A DNA stretch of 64,000 nt from a candidate division FCPU426 bacterium (lineage in GTDB: Bacteria; Oederibacteriota; Muellerivitia; Muellerivitales; Muellerivitaceae): NCBI GenBank assembly GCA_963771075.1, contig CAVYSE010000007.1, forward strand, positions 160,001-224,000, given 5' to 3'. The position numbers and the translations under genes are program-made. Positions 1 to 10,164 of the stretch are shown one piece after another (the stretch's first letter is position 1; the number at the start of each line of letters is the position of its first letter). Under the pieces are notes generated by a model, which had not been told where the DNA came from, ran no database searches, and saw only the letters and a list, made by a program, of their open reading frames with translations.

Positions 1-589
1 ACCAGGAGCCCCGCCTTCTTCCGCTCCCGTGGCCAACCAGGAAGTGATTGTCAGCCACATGATCACCTGTTCCAAAATCGTGAATCAGTACCCCGCCGAT
101 AGTGTCAATTATTTCTATCTGGATAAGAGCCAAGAGATCAATTATTTCGCCTATTTTCTGATGAAGCCCTCCAGCCGCATCCACACGGCTACGGTGGAAG
201 TTTACAATCCCATGGGTTTCCAGATCCTGAAGCATGACCAGGAGTTCACGGTGGGATTCACGGACCGGCTCCTGACGGTCGAAAACAGCACCTACCAATG
301 GTACCTGGTCTCCACCAACCTCCAAATGAACAACCTGAACGCCTCCGAGGGCCAGACCGGGCTTCCCAAGGACGTGGGTCTCTACACCATCCACCTGATC
401 GTGGACGGCCAGCTTGTCGGAATCACCTTCTTTTACGTGAAGGCCCAAGCGCCTAAGTCGCCCGAGGCCTTGCCATCTGCCGCGCCCGCAGCCAAGCCGG
501 GAGCCGGGGCCAGTTCTGCCCCCTCCACTTTCCTCCCTCCGGCTTTCAATACCCAGCCCATCCAACCGATACCCGGGGCGATCCAATGA
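1..589 (+). CDS. Hypothetical protein, probably 5'-truncated by the window edge; Pro/Ala-rich C-terminus
   Basis: Frame is open from the window start through GTG at 29 to TGA at 589; lies directly upstream of holA; no recognisable family. Confidence 0.6.
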   Translation, partial: PGAPPSSAPVANQEVIVSHMITCSKIVNQYPADSVNYFYLDKSQEINYFAYFLMKPSSRIHTATVEVYNPMGFQILKHDQEFTVGFTDRLLTVENSTYQWYLVSTNLQMNNLNASEGQTGLPKDVGLYTIHLIVDGQLVGITFFYVKAQAPKSPEALPSAAPAAKPGAGASSAPSTFLPPAFNTQPIQPIPGAIQ

Positions 590-628
590 GCCAAGGGTTT
601 TTTCGAGCCCGCCCGTCAGGGGTCCTCG

Positions 629-1657
629 ATGTACTTTGACGATTTTTTAGCCAGGTTAAAAAAAGGGACCCTAGCCAATCTAGTCCTGTTATATGGGGAA
701 GCGGAAGGCGTGCTTTCCGAAGGAAGCCATGCCTTCAAGCAGGCATTCCTGAAAATTCACCCCGCCGCCGAGCAACAGGTCTTTGAGGGCGGGACTCACA
801 GCCTCAGCGACGTCTTATCTTCCGCACAAACCGTGTCCCTGTTTGCCGAAAGTCAGATGCTTACGGTGAAACACGCCGAGAAATTCCTGGGGGGGAAGTC
901 CGACGAGGGCCTGAAACAACTTGAGGCCTACGCGAAGAACTTCAATTCAACCACCTATTTGTTGTTCCTGGCGGAGGGCTTGCGGAAAACATCCAAGGCC
1001 GTCAAGGTTTTCGAAGGCTCCGGATGGGCGGTCCATTGCGCTGAAATCCCGGAATGGAAGATCCCGGCAATGGTTAAGGCGGATGCCCAAGCCCTGGGAT
1101 TGAGCCTGCCGGAGGATGCCTCCCAACTATTGGTCCAGAAGATCGGGCCGGACCTTTCCTACCTGAAAAGGGCTTTGGAGCAGTTGTCCTTGATGATCCA
1201 TCCCCGCAAGAACGCCGCCTTGGAAGATGTGAAAGAACTCCCCGCGCCCGGCGTGGAAGCGGATGTATTCCCCTTTTTGGACATGATCGGGAACCGGAAT
1301 GGGGAAAAGGCCCTCCGGATGTTGGCTCAGATGCCGGGCGGCCCAGACCCGGGAACATTGGCGCTACTCTACGGCCGTATTCGCGAGTTATTGGGGCTGT
1401 CCTTGGGCCGGGCCAAGGGAATGGACCAGGCCGCCCTGGCTTCCCAAATGGGCTTAAATCCATGGCGGGTGAAAGTTCTCTGGGATCAAAGTGGAAAGTA
1501 TAGGCCCGATGAACTCAAGGCGGCGATGAAGGATTTGATCCATCTTCAGGCGGGAATGGTGACGGGCAAGTTGAGCAAAGAGGCGGTCGGGGTTTCCCTG
1601 GAAGGGTGGATCATGAAATGGGGAACCGCCCCTAAGGCAGGGATTAGGCAAAGATAA
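629..1657 (+). CDS. holA: DNA polymerase III subunit delta
   Basis: 342 aa; LLYGE N-terminal motif, SLFAE motif, 'LEQLSL'; convergent with rpsT as is typical. Confidence 0.85.
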   Translation: MYFDDFLARLKKGTLANLVLLYGEAEGVLSEGSHAFKQAFLKIHPAAEQQVFEGGTHSLSDVLSSAQTVSLFAESQMLTVKHAEKFLGGKSDEGLKQLEAYAKNFNSTTYLLFLAEGLRKTSKAVKVFEGSGWAVHCAEIPEWKIPAMVKADAQALGLSLPEDASQLLVQKIGPDLSYLKRALEQLSLMIHPRKNAALEDVKELPAPGVEADVFPFLDMIGNRNGEKALRMLAQMPGGPDPGTLALLYGRIRELLGLSLGRAKGMDQAALASQMGLNPWRVKVLWDQSGKYRPDELKAAMKDLIHLQAGMVTGKLSKEAVGVSLEGWIMKWGTAPKAGIRQR

Positions 1658-1662
1658 GATCA

Positions 1663-1763
1663 TTCACCGCGACGACGAGAAGATGAAAAAACGCAAAGAA
1701 GGGTCGAATAATTTCTCCGAAAATTCACGACTTTTCGGGGTTTCTTCGCCTCTTCGCGGTGAA
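1663..1763. repeat. Long imperfect inverted repeat (REP-like) between convergent holA and rpsT
   Basis: ttcaccgcga (1663-1672) is the reverse complement of tcgcggtgaa (1754-1763); purine-rich left arm, pyrimidine-rich right arm. Confidence 0.55.
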
Positions 1764-1785
1764 AATAGTTAAGACGATTTGGGCG

Positions 1786-2046
1786 TTAAGCTTTGAACTT
1801 CTTGGCCACGAAAGCGGAGAGTCGAGAAGCTTGGCGGGAGGCGGTGGCGCGCTTGAAAATCCCGTGGGACCAGGCCTTGTCCAAGGTTTTGATGGCGACG
1901 ATCAGGTTTTTCTTGGCTTCCTCGGCGGTTTTGGCGGTGCGGACGGCTTTCACGGCCGTGCGGATGCGGTTTTTCTCGGCCGAATTGCGGGCAGTGCGGC
2001 GTTCGGTGCGGCGGACATCTTTAATCGCGGACTTAATAAGCGGCAT
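1786..2046 (-). CDS. rpsT: 30S ribosomal protein S20
   Basis: 86 aa; MPLIKSAIK...RTAVK...LDKA...GIFKRATASRQASRL. Confidence 0.97.
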   Translation of the reverse strand: MPLIKSAIKDVRRTERRTARNSAEKNRIRTAVKAVRTAKTAEEAKKNLIVAIKTLDKAWSHGIFKRATASRQASRLSAFVAKKFKA

Positions 2047-2087
2047 GGATCCTCCAACAGGGTTTAAACAATGAAAAACGAGGGCAC

Positions 2088-2116
2088 ATGGTAAACGAAG
2101 GCAGGGGGGCTGTCAA
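2088..2116 (-). promoter_or_regulatory. sigma70-type promoter for rpsT
   Basis: Minus strand TTGACA-17 bp-TACCAT. Confidence 0.6.
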
Positions 2117-2118
2117 CA

Positions 2119-3729
2119 ATGGCTGATTCCAAGGGCTCTACCTCATCCTCGTCGGGTTTGGACGGGCATTTCCGGCTGGTCACCTTCGCGACCTCCATCA
2201 GCCGGATCACCGGGTTCGTACGTGACCAGCTCAACGCGGCCCTTTTCGGAGCGGGTTGGATGTCGGACGCCTATTTCATGGCCATCCGGATTCCCAGCCT
2301 CATGCGGGATCTTTTCGCGGAAGGCGCTCTTTCCAACGCCTTCATCCCCTCCTTGACGTCCCGCCTGGGGAACCGCGAAGACGCCTGGAAACTGGCCTCT
2401 CAAGTTTTCACCCTGCTTTTGATTGTGACCGGCGGATTGACGGCCCTGGGAATCCTGTTCGCTCCCCAACTGGTTTGGGTGATCGCCAACGGTTTTACCC
2501 AGGTAACGGATAAGTTTGCACTGACGGTCCAACTGACCCGGTTCCTTTTTCCTGTCCTAACCTTCGTGTCCCTGGCGGCCTTGTGGATGGGAACCTTGAA
2601 CAGCCTGCACAAATTCACCTGGCCCGCCTTTGCCCCTGTTTTCATGAATCTCACCCAGATCGGGGTGGGGTTCCTCCTGCTGAAAGTCTGGAAAGACGAG
2701 ACCCCGGCCGGAGAACTGCGTAATATCCAGTTGTGGACCCTCTCCATGACCCTGGGAATGCTCCTTCAATGGCTGGTCCAATTACCCGCCGCGAGGAAGG
2801 AAGGCGCGGCCTTCCGCCTAGCTTGGCCGCCCAACCATCCCGGGGTTAAGGAGATGCTGAGGTTGATGGGGCCCGCAGTGGTAAGTTCCTCCGTCTTGCA
2901 AGTGAATATCCTGGTGAATCAATTTTTCGCGTCCTTCTTAACCACCGGCTATGTCACTTACCTCTATTACGGCCAGCGTTTGTTTCAACTTCCTTATGGT
3001 ATCTTTGGAGTTTCCATAGCCACCGTGGTTTTTCCGCTGTTATCCCGCCAGGTTGGCCTAGGGAGGGACGGGGAATTCGCGGGAACCTTATCAAGGGCCC
3101 TGTCGGCTGGCCTTTTCATGATGGTGCCCTGCACGGTAGGAATTTGGATCACGGCACAGGCCGCCTGCCTGCTCGCTTTTCAACATGGCAAGTTCACCCT
3201 CGAGGCAAGCCAGGCTGCCGGTGAGGCGACCGCGCTCTACGCGCTCGGGCTGGTGGGTTCCTCAGGGGTGAAGATATTACTTCCTGCCTTTTACGCGAGA
3301 GGAAACTCAAAAATACCGCTTGTGTCATCCCTTTACGCCATGGGAACTAACGCTGGTTTGAACCTGGCCGGCTTTTTATTTTTGGAGGATTCCCACCTGC
3401 GCTTTTGGGGCCTGGCCCTGGCTTCCGCGGTCGGATCGCTGGTGAACCTGGCTTGGCTCTTGACCCATCTCAAAAAGGTGCAAGTGTCCCTGGAATGGGG
3501 TTTCCTTGGTTCGGAAGGCCTGAAAATTATCCTCGCTTCCGCCTTCATGGGGCTGTCGGCTTGGGGAATAAGGGAGTGGCTCGCGCTAAATCCGATGATC
3601 TGGCCCCGGCTCACCAACTTCCTTTGCCCGGTCCTGGCGGGAGGACTGGTTTATTATCTCTTGGCCCGATGGATGAAAATGAATGGTTTGATTTGGGTGT
3701 TAGGGAAAAGACGCCTTGAATCCAAGTGA
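2119..3729 (+). CDS. murJ: Lipid II flippase MurJ (MviN)
   Basis: SRITGFVRD, RIPSLMRDLFAEGALSNAFIP, RLFQLPYGIFGVSIAT motifs; multiple TM helices. Confidence 0.95.
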   Translation: MADSKGSTSSSSGLDGHFRLVTFATSISRITGFVRDQLNAALFGAGWMSDAYFMAIRIPSLMRDLFAEGALSNAFIPSLTSRLGNREDAWKLASQVFTLLLIVTGGLTALGILFAPQLVWVIANGFTQVTDKFALTVQLTRFLFPVLTFVSLAALWMGTLNSLHKFTWPAFAPVFMNLTQIGVGFLLLKVWKDETPAGELRNIQLWTLSMTLGMLLQWLVQLPAARKEGAAFRLAWPPNHPGVKEMLRLMGPAVVSSSVLQVNILVNQFFASFLTTGYVTYLYYGQRLFQLPYGIFGVSIATVVFPLLSRQVGLGRDGEFAGTLSRALSAGLFMMVPCTVGIWITAQAACLLAFQHGKFTLEASQAAGEATALYALGLVGSSGVKILLPAFYARGNSKIPLVSSLYAMGTNAGLNLAGFLFLEDSHLRFWGLALASAVGSLVNLAWLLTHLKKVQVSLEWGFLGSEGLKIILASAFMGLSAWGIREWLALNPMIWPRLTNFLCPVLAGGLVYYLLARWMKMNGLIWVLGKRRLESK

Positions 3730-4327
3730 CCCTTTTTTAAATAATCCGAAAAACCCAACCTTTTGGGGAAAGTCTGCCGCCCACCGGTTCATTTATTTAT
3801 TCATCGGCCTCGTATTAGGCATAGGCCTGGCGGGATGGCTTTACTTACAGTACGGTCCTTCGTTTGGGATTGGGACAGGGAGTAAGGATTTCTTGAATGA
3901 TTCGCTCAAGAATCTAAGGAGCGAAAAGGCCAAGCTCGAATCCGCCATCCAACAAACGCCCACTGATCCGGAACTCTTTCATCATTTGGGAAATATGGAT
4001 GTCAAATTGAACCTATTGGAGGATGCTCGGAAGGCTTATGAAAAGGAAATCGGCCTAAATCCATCATCGGCATCGGGTTACCTGAACTTGGGGAATGTCC
4101 TGTTCCTCAAGGCGGATGAGGATCCCCGGTTGTTGGACCAAGCAATTGCCTGTTACAGCCAAAGCGTGATTCTGGATCCCCATTCTGTGGAGGGCCATTT
4201 CAACCTGGCCTATGCCCTTTATGCGAAAAAAGATAAGGATGCCGCGCTGGGTGAATTGGAGGAAGTTCTTCGTTTGAACCCACACCACGCGCAAGCCTTG
4301 GCTTTGAAAAAACGGATCGCCCCATGA
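3716..4327 (+). CDS. Membrane-anchored TPR protein
   Basis: N-terminal TM helix followed by TPR repeats (YLNLGNV, HFNLAYAL, LRLNP). Confidence 0.8.
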   Translation: MNPSDPFLNNPKNPTFWGKSAAHRFIYLFIGLVLGIGLAGWLYLQYGPSFGIGTGSKDFLNDSLKNLRSEKAKLESAIQQTPTDPELFHHLGNMDVKLNLLEDARKAYEKEIGLNPSSASGYLNLGNVLFLKADEDPRLLDQAIACYSQSVILDPHSVEGHFNLAYALYAKKDKDAALGELEEVLRLNPHHAQALALKKRIAP

Positions 4328-6315
4328 ACCAGCCGCAAGAAGTAAGGATTCGGGGTTGGGCCCTTGCCTTGGATCGCGCCCCCCTCTTTCTTTCCGTTAT
4401 GCTCGTGTTTCTTGTGCCCTTGGTGAACCAGCCCGATGGGATGGACCCCCTATTCCTCAAACAGGAACTTTGCCAGATTTTAACTTTTTTGATGGCGGCT
4501 CTTTGGTTATGGCGATGCTTTCAAACCGGCAAAATTGAATGGGCCTATAGCAAAGCCCTCTGGCCGCTGGGAGCCTTGGTTTTGTGGACCGCGCTGACCG
4601 CCGTTCTTTCCCCCTATTCGCAGGTGAGTTGGGACTATTGGAAAAATTGGATTTGTTTTCCTCTGCTTTATTTTCTTTTCACGCTCGTATGCTTGGAGTT
4701 GTGGCGGGCCGAGAACATCCTTATTGTTTTCATGGCCGCAACCCTGGTGAGTTCCCTCACGGGGGTGACTCAAAGGATGGGGTTATCCTCGGGAGTCTGG
4801 TTGGACATGGTCCGGGCAAACTATTCGGGCAGGGTGATAGCGGGTATGGGGAACCCGGACTTTTTCGCGGGGTTTCTACTCCTGGCTTGGCCTTTAGCGC
4901 TGGCCCTCTATTTCCGTGCCCTTCAACCCGCCACGAAGGCCCTTTGGATGATGGTGACTGTTTTCACCCTGGGAGCCTTGTTTTTAACCCAAAGCAAGGG
5001 GGGATTGCTTGGTTTGGGAGCTGGTTTGGCGATATTTCTCATTTTGTTCATTCTGAAAACAAAGCCGGAAGGGGAAGGAAAAAATAAGCGCCAATTGATT
5101 TCGATCTTGATCGGTGGGATTTTCTTAACCGGGATCTATCCCGCGATTCAAATATTAAAACCCTTGGCCAATCCTCAAAATTCATCCATCCTTTTCCGCG
5201 AACAGCTTTGGTCGGGCGTTTGGAAAATGATCTTGGACCATCCTTTGACCGGGGTTGGGCTGGGCGCCTTTTCCGCTGCCTTCCCCGCCTATCGCCCCTT
5301 GAGTTTGATCTTGGGGCAATCCGAACGCAGCTACGAGGTCAACGAGGCCCATAACTGGGTCCTGTCGTGGCTTTCGCAGACGGGTTGGGTGGGTCTGGGC
5401 CTGGTTTTAACTTTTGGTGCGTTAGTTTTATACCAATGGTGGAGGTTATACCAGGCCAAGGCCATTCCTCCGGCTTTAGGTGCGGGGGCCTTTGCCGCTT
5501 TTGGAGGCATCGCGGTAGATAACCTTTTTGATTTGAACCACACCTTGCCAAGCACACTCGTGCCTTTCCTGTTTCTATCGGCTTTGCCGGTCGCCTTGTC
5601 CCAACGCTTTTACCGCATGGCGGGCTTTCCTATTCAAGCCAAGGAAGTAAAACTTGCCGGTATTCGTTCCTTGTGGTTTGTCTTGTCCCTTATGGCAACT
5701 GGGTTGTGTTTCTTTCAGATATGGAAAAGTTTTGAGGAACAATGGGCGGATGTCCAGTTAAAAACGGCCGTCCGGTTGTCTCAGGCAAAACAATGGAACG
5801 AGGCGCTGAAGTCCTATGACAAAACCCTGCTTTTTGACCCGAACAATGTGATGGCCCTATATTTCAGGGGATCGGTATATGCAGGTCTTGGGGGAGAGGG
5901 GGATAACGAAAAGGCCCTCGCGGATTTCAACGAGGTGACCGGTATGGAACCGGATTATGTACTGGTCCATTTCAAAAAGGCTCAGGTTCTAAGAAACTTG
6001 GGAAGAACCTCTGATTCGGAAATGGAAATGAAGAGGGCGATCGCTTTAGACCCGCAAGTGGTCGGTCAACTTCCCGAATATCAGGAAGCCCGAACCAGGG
6101 TGAACGAGAAACATTATCAAGATGCTTTAATGATTTATCAGAAATTGGTTTTCGATTATCCTACCTGCGTTCCGGCCCTGGTGGATGAGGCCAATTGCCT
6201 CTTTTTATTGGGAAAAAAGTCCGAAGCCCATTCCGTTTATCAGCAGGCGCTTCGTTTAGACCCGGAAAACGATCAGGCCAAGCAAAACCTACAACAACTC
6301 TTCCAAAAAAGTTAA
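4324..6315 (+). CDS. O-antigen ligase family (Wzy_C) membrane protein with C-terminal TPRs
   Basis: GNPDFFAG, TQSKGG, R-x-x-LW...HPLTGVGLG, AHNWVL motifs; about 12 TM helices; TPR tail. Confidence 0.85.
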   Translation: MNQPQEVRIRGWALALDRAPLFLSVMLVFLVPLVNQPDGMDPLFLKQELCQILTFLMAALWLWRCFQTGKIEWAYSKALWPLGALVLWTALTAVLSPYSQVSWDYWKNWICFPLLYFLFTLVCLELWRAENILIVFMAATLVSSLTGVTQRMGLSSGVWLDMVRANYSGRVIAGMGNPDFFAGFLLLAWPLALALYFRALQPATKALWMMVTVFTLGALFLTQSKGGLLGLGAGLAIFLILFILKTKPEGEGKNKRQLISILIGGIFLTGIYPAIQILKPLANPQNSSILFREQLWSGVWKMILDHPLTGVGLGAFSAAFPAYRPLSLILGQSERSYEVNEAHNWVLSWLSQTGWVGLGLVLTFGALVLYQWWRLYQAKAIPPALGAGAFAAFGGIAVDNLFDLNHTLPSTLVPFLFLSALPVALSQRFYRMAGFPIQAKEVKLAGIRSLWFVLSLMATGLCFFQIWKSFEEQWADVQLKTAVRLSQAKQWNEALKSYDKTLLFDPNNVMALYFRGSVYAGLGGEGDNEKALADFNEVTGMEPDYVLVHFKKAQVLRNLGRTSDSEMEMKRAIALDPQVVGQLPEYQEARTRVNEKHYQDALMIYQKLVFDYPTCVPALVDEANCLFLLGKKSEAHSVYQQALRLDPENDQAKQNLQQLFQKS

Positions 6316-6372
6316 AGAATTGAATTTAAAATATTAACTAATTGAGCCCTGAAAGGGTTCGGAAGTTATTCA

Positions 6373-7008
6373 TTGGGGGAGCCATTGATTCGAATCGCGG
6401 TATTAGCTTCAGGCGGGGGCTCGAATCTTCAGGCAATCATGGATGCCTGGAATGCGGGGTCCATTAAGGCCAAGTTATCCCTCGTTTTCTCCAATGTCCC
6501 CGGCGCCAAGGCCCTGGAAAGGGCCGAACAGGAAGGCATTGACGCATTATCCATCTCCAGTAAGGAATTCATGGGAAGCCGTGAAAAGTACGATCAAGAA
6601 ATCCTAAACCTCTGTGAAAACAAAAAGATCGACCTAATCTGCTTGGCCGGTTACATGCGGATCCTTACCCCGGTTTTGATCAAGCCTTTCCTTTACCGCA
6701 TGATGAACATCCACCCGGCCCTCTTGCCCAAGTTCGGCGGTGAGGGCATGTACGGCCACCATGTGCATGAGGCGGTCATCGCGGCCAAGGAAAAAGAATC
6801 AGGCGCGACTGTGCATTTCGTGACCGAGGGCGTGGACGCGGGTCCCATTATTTTGCAGGGAACCGTGCCGGTTTCGCCGAAGGATACCCCGGAAACCCTG
6901 GCGGAGAAGGTCTTGAAGGTCGAACACCAGATTTACCCCGAGGCCGTGAAGTTGTTTTGCGAGGGAAAAGTGAAGGTTGAAAGTGGCAGGGTCAAGATTC
7001 TTCATTGA
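6373..7008 (+). CDS. purN: Phosphoribosylglycinamide formyltransferase
   Basis: SGGGSNLQA, LAGYMRIL, NIHPALLP, GATVHFV, DAGPII. Confidence 0.97.
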   Translation: MGEPLIRIAVLASGGGSNLQAIMDAWNAGSIKAKLSLVFSNVPGAKALERAEQEGIDALSISSKEFMGSREKYDQEILNLCENKKIDLICLAGYMRILTPVLIKPFLYRMMNIHPALLPKFGGEGMYGHHVHEAVIAAKEKESGATVHFVTEGVDAGPIILQGTVPVSPKDTPETLAEKVLKVEHQIYPEAVKLFCEGKVKVESGRVKILH

Positions 7009-7037
7009 ATTAACGCTAGAAATTTATGAGGTGAAAA

Positions 7038-8612
7038 ATGGCTGAGGACAAAGTGAAGATCAAAAGGGCTTTGTTGAGCGTCTCCGACAAGGTGGGGCTG
7101 ATCGAGTTCGCCAAGGTGCTGGTGGAAAACGGGGTGGAATTGATATCCACCGGCGGGACCGCCAAGGCCATCAAGGATGCCGGACTGCCAGTGAAGGATA
7201 TATCGGAAGTGACTGGTTTCCCCGAGATGCTGGACGGCCGGGTGAAGACCCTTCACCCCGTTGTGCATGGGGGTTTGCTGTCCCTGCGCGACAACAAGGA
7301 ACACATGGATACCATCGCCAAGCACAACATCAAGCCCATCGACCTCGTCTGTGTGAATCTTTATCCATTCGAGGCCACTATCGCCAAGCCTAACGTGGAA
7401 CTTCATGAGGCGATAGAAAACATCGATATCGGTGGGCCTTCCATGATCCGTTCGGCTTCCAAGAACTATCGGAGTGTGACGGTGGTGGTGAGCCCGGCCC
7501 GATATTCGGACATAATCAAGGAAATGAAGGAAAACGACGGGGCGACGACCTTTAAACTGCGCCAAGAACTGGCCATTGAGGCCTTTGGCAATACCTCCCG
7601 ATATGACGGAATGATCCACGAATACCTGCACAAGCACCTATCCGAGAAAACCTGGCCCGACATATTCACCTTTTCGGGCACCAAGATTCAGGAAATGCGG
7701 TACGGGGAGAATCCCCACCAACCCGCGGTTTTCTATATGGACCGCAAACCAAGCTTGCCCGTCATCGCCAATGGCAAGCAATGGCAGGGAAAGGAGCTTT
7801 CCTACAACAACATCATGGACGCGGACTCGGCCCTGATGCTGATCAAGGAATTCGACGATCCGGCGGCCGCCATCATCAAGCACACCAATCCCTGCGGCAC
7901 GGCCATAGGAAAAGATCTCGCGGAGGCTTTCGTCAAGGCCTACGAGGCGGACCCCCTTTCGGCCTTCGGCGGGATCGTGGCGGTGAACCGGCCCGTGGAC
8001 GAGAAGACCGCCCAGGTCATTCTGGAAAAACTGGGATTCTTCGAGATCATGATGGCCCCTTCCTATGACGCCGGGGCCCTCAAGGCCTTCGAGGCCCGCA
8101 AGAACCTGCGGGTCATGAGCCTGGTAGGCCTGGGGGAAACCAAGGGACAAACCGCCGGGTACCATGTGCGCAGGGTGGAGGGCGGATTCCTGGTGCAGGA
8201 TTTTGACCAGGTGGCCGAGAACAAGACCCTTTACAAGGTAGTGACTGAAAAACAGCCGGACTCGCAACTGGCCAAGGACATGGAATTCGGCTGGAAATTA
8301 GTGAAGCACGTGAAATCCAACGCTATCGTCTTGGTGCGTAACGGGGTCTCGCTGGGAGTTGGGGCCGGACAGATGAACCGCGTGGGATCGCTGGAAATCG
8401 CCATTGAACAGGCTGGGGATAAGGCCAAGGGAAGCGTCATGGCTTCCGACGCCCTGTTGCCATTTCGGGATAGCGTGGATGTCTGTGCCAAGGCGGGGAT
8501 TGCCGCCATCATCCAGACGGGCGGGAGCGTGAGAGACAAGGAAGTCATCGAAGCCGCAAACCAGCACGGAATTCCCATGATCTTCACGACCTACAGGCAC
8601 TTTAAACATTAA
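7038..8612 (+). CDS. purH: Bifunctional AICAR transformylase/IMP cyclohydrolase
   Basis: RALLSVSDK, GRVKTLHP, IDIGGPSM, RYGENPHQ, KHTNPCG, RHFKH end. Confidence 0.98.
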   Translation: MAEDKVKIKRALLSVSDKVGLIEFAKVLVENGVELISTGGTAKAIKDAGLPVKDISEVTGFPEMLDGRVKTLHPVVHGGLLSLRDNKEHMDTIAKHNIKPIDLVCVNLYPFEATIAKPNVELHEAIENIDIGGPSMIRSASKNYRSVTVVVSPARYSDIIKEMKENDGATTFKLRQELAIEAFGNTSRYDGMIHEYLHKHLSEKTWPDIFTFSGTKIQEMRYGENPHQPAVFYMDRKPSLPVIANGKQWQGKELSYNNIMDADSALMLIKEFDDPAAAIIKHTNPCGTAIGKDLAEAFVKAYEADPLSAFGGIVAVNRPVDEKTAQVILEKLGFFEIMMAPSYDAGALKAFEARKNLRVMSLVGLGETKGQTAGYHVRRVEGGFLVQDFDQVAENKTLYKVVTEKQPDSQLAKDMEFGWKLVKHVKSNAIVLVRNGVSLGVGAGQMNRVGSLEIAIEQAGDKAKGSVMASDALLPFRDSVDVCAKAGIAAIIQTGGSVRDKEVIEAANQHGIPMIFTTYRHFKH

Positions 8613-8636
8613 TTCCGGGAAAAAGTGGAGGGCCTT

Positions 8637-9912
8637 GTGGATATTTTAGTTATCGGCTCAGGGGGCAGGGAACACGCCCTTTGCTGGGCCCTGGCTAAGT
8701 CATCGCACAAGCCTAAACTATATTGCGCGCCTGGAAACGCTGGGATAGCCCAGATCGCGGAGTGCGTGGATATCATGGCCGACGATATTCCTGGTTTGTT
8801 GGATTGGGTGGAGCGTCATGAACCAAAACTGGTCGTCATCGGCCCGGAAGTTCCTCTCTCCCTGGGATTGGCGGATGAATTGCAGAAAACAGGGGTTTCG
8901 GGTATTCGGGCCAGTAAAAGCAGGCGCCGAGCTGGAAGCCAGCAAGACCTTCACTAAAAAGCTATTGGTGGATCATCACATACCCACGGCGAAGGCGGAT
9001 CATTTCAAAGATTACAAGAAGGCCCTGGCCTATGTGCGTAACGAAGGGGCCCCCATTGTCATCAAAGCGGATGGGCTGGCGGCGGGTAAGGGCGTAACGG
9101 TTTGCGAGAACTTGGCCCAAGCTGAACGGGCCCTGGAAGACGCCATGGTGAAAAAGGTTTTCGGCGAGGCGGGAGCGCAGGTGTTGATCGAGGAATGCTT
9201 AGTGGGAGAAGAAGCCTCCGTTTTGGCCTTTGTAGACGGGGAAACGATCGTGCCCATGGTCAGCGCCCAGGATCATAAACGTGTCTTTGAGGGCGACCAG
9301 GGACCCAATACGGGCGGAATGGGCGCCTATTCGCCCGCTCCCGTGGTCACACCCGAATTAGACCGGGTCATCCTTGAAAAGATCCTTAAGCCAACCGTGA
9401 CGGCGTTGAAAGGAATGGGAATCCTTTACAGGGGAGTTCTTTATGCGGGTTTGATGATGACCCTGGACGGTCCCAAGGTTATTGAATACAACTGCCGGTT
9501 TGGCGACCCTGAAACCCAGGTGGTATTGCCCCGCCTCAAGACTGATTTTGTGGATGTTTGCATGGCCGTAGCCCAGGGACACCTATCCAAAATCAAAATC
9601 GAATGGGACCGGGGTGCTTCCGCTTGCGTGGTCCTGGCCGCTAAAGGCTATCCCGGGTCCTATCCCAAGGGACAGGTTATTACGGGACTGGAAAAAGCTT
9701 CGGAAAGACCACAAACCATGGTGTTTCACTCCGGAACCGCCTCTCACAATGGCGAAGTAACAACAAATGGCGGAAGAGTCCTTTGCGTCACGGGTTTAGG
9801 GGAAAATATCCAACAAGCCGTTCAAAGGGCCTACGAGACCCTGGGAGTCATCCATTTTGAGGGCGCACACTATCGCAAGGACATCGCCTGGCGAGCGTTA
9901 AAGCGGACCTAA
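8637..9912 (+). CDS. purD: Phosphoribosylamine-glycine ligase, with a frameshift near 8886-8889 (probable sequencing indel)
   Basis: N-part IGSGGREHAL...APGNAG...GPEVPL in one frame; the rest (LEASK, KADGLAAGKGV, GPNTGGMG, RFGDPE) in another; GGAGG RBS before GTG at 8637. Confidence 0.93.
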
Positions 9913-9924
9913 AAAGATAAAAAG

Positions 9925-10027
9925 TTTTACCACCCCAAAACCAAGAAAACCTAAACGCATTGTTTTTTTCTTCTCAAACAAGGGTTTTATTAAACTTCCG
10001 GGTCCATTGGCGTCTTTGTGGTGAGAA
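9925..10027. repeat. Degenerate long inverted repeat (REP-like), similar in design to 1663-1763
   Basis: ttttaccac...gtggtgagaa ends with A-rich left arm and T-rich right arm. Confidence 0.35.
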
Positions 10028-10164
10028 TTTTTTGAAATGTTTTTGGAATAACCCTATGTCTACCGCCCCGACCCTTGAAAGTTCATTTAAAACAGCTGAA
10101 AATGCCGACCTTGTTTGAGAAAATGTTGCCAAGAGCCGTCGCTTTACAGAAAGAATGGAAATAC

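Noticed and set aside
8880..8895. Programmed frameshift in purD
   Set aside because: No slippery heptamer or stimulatory structure; other indels in the window indicate sequencing error.
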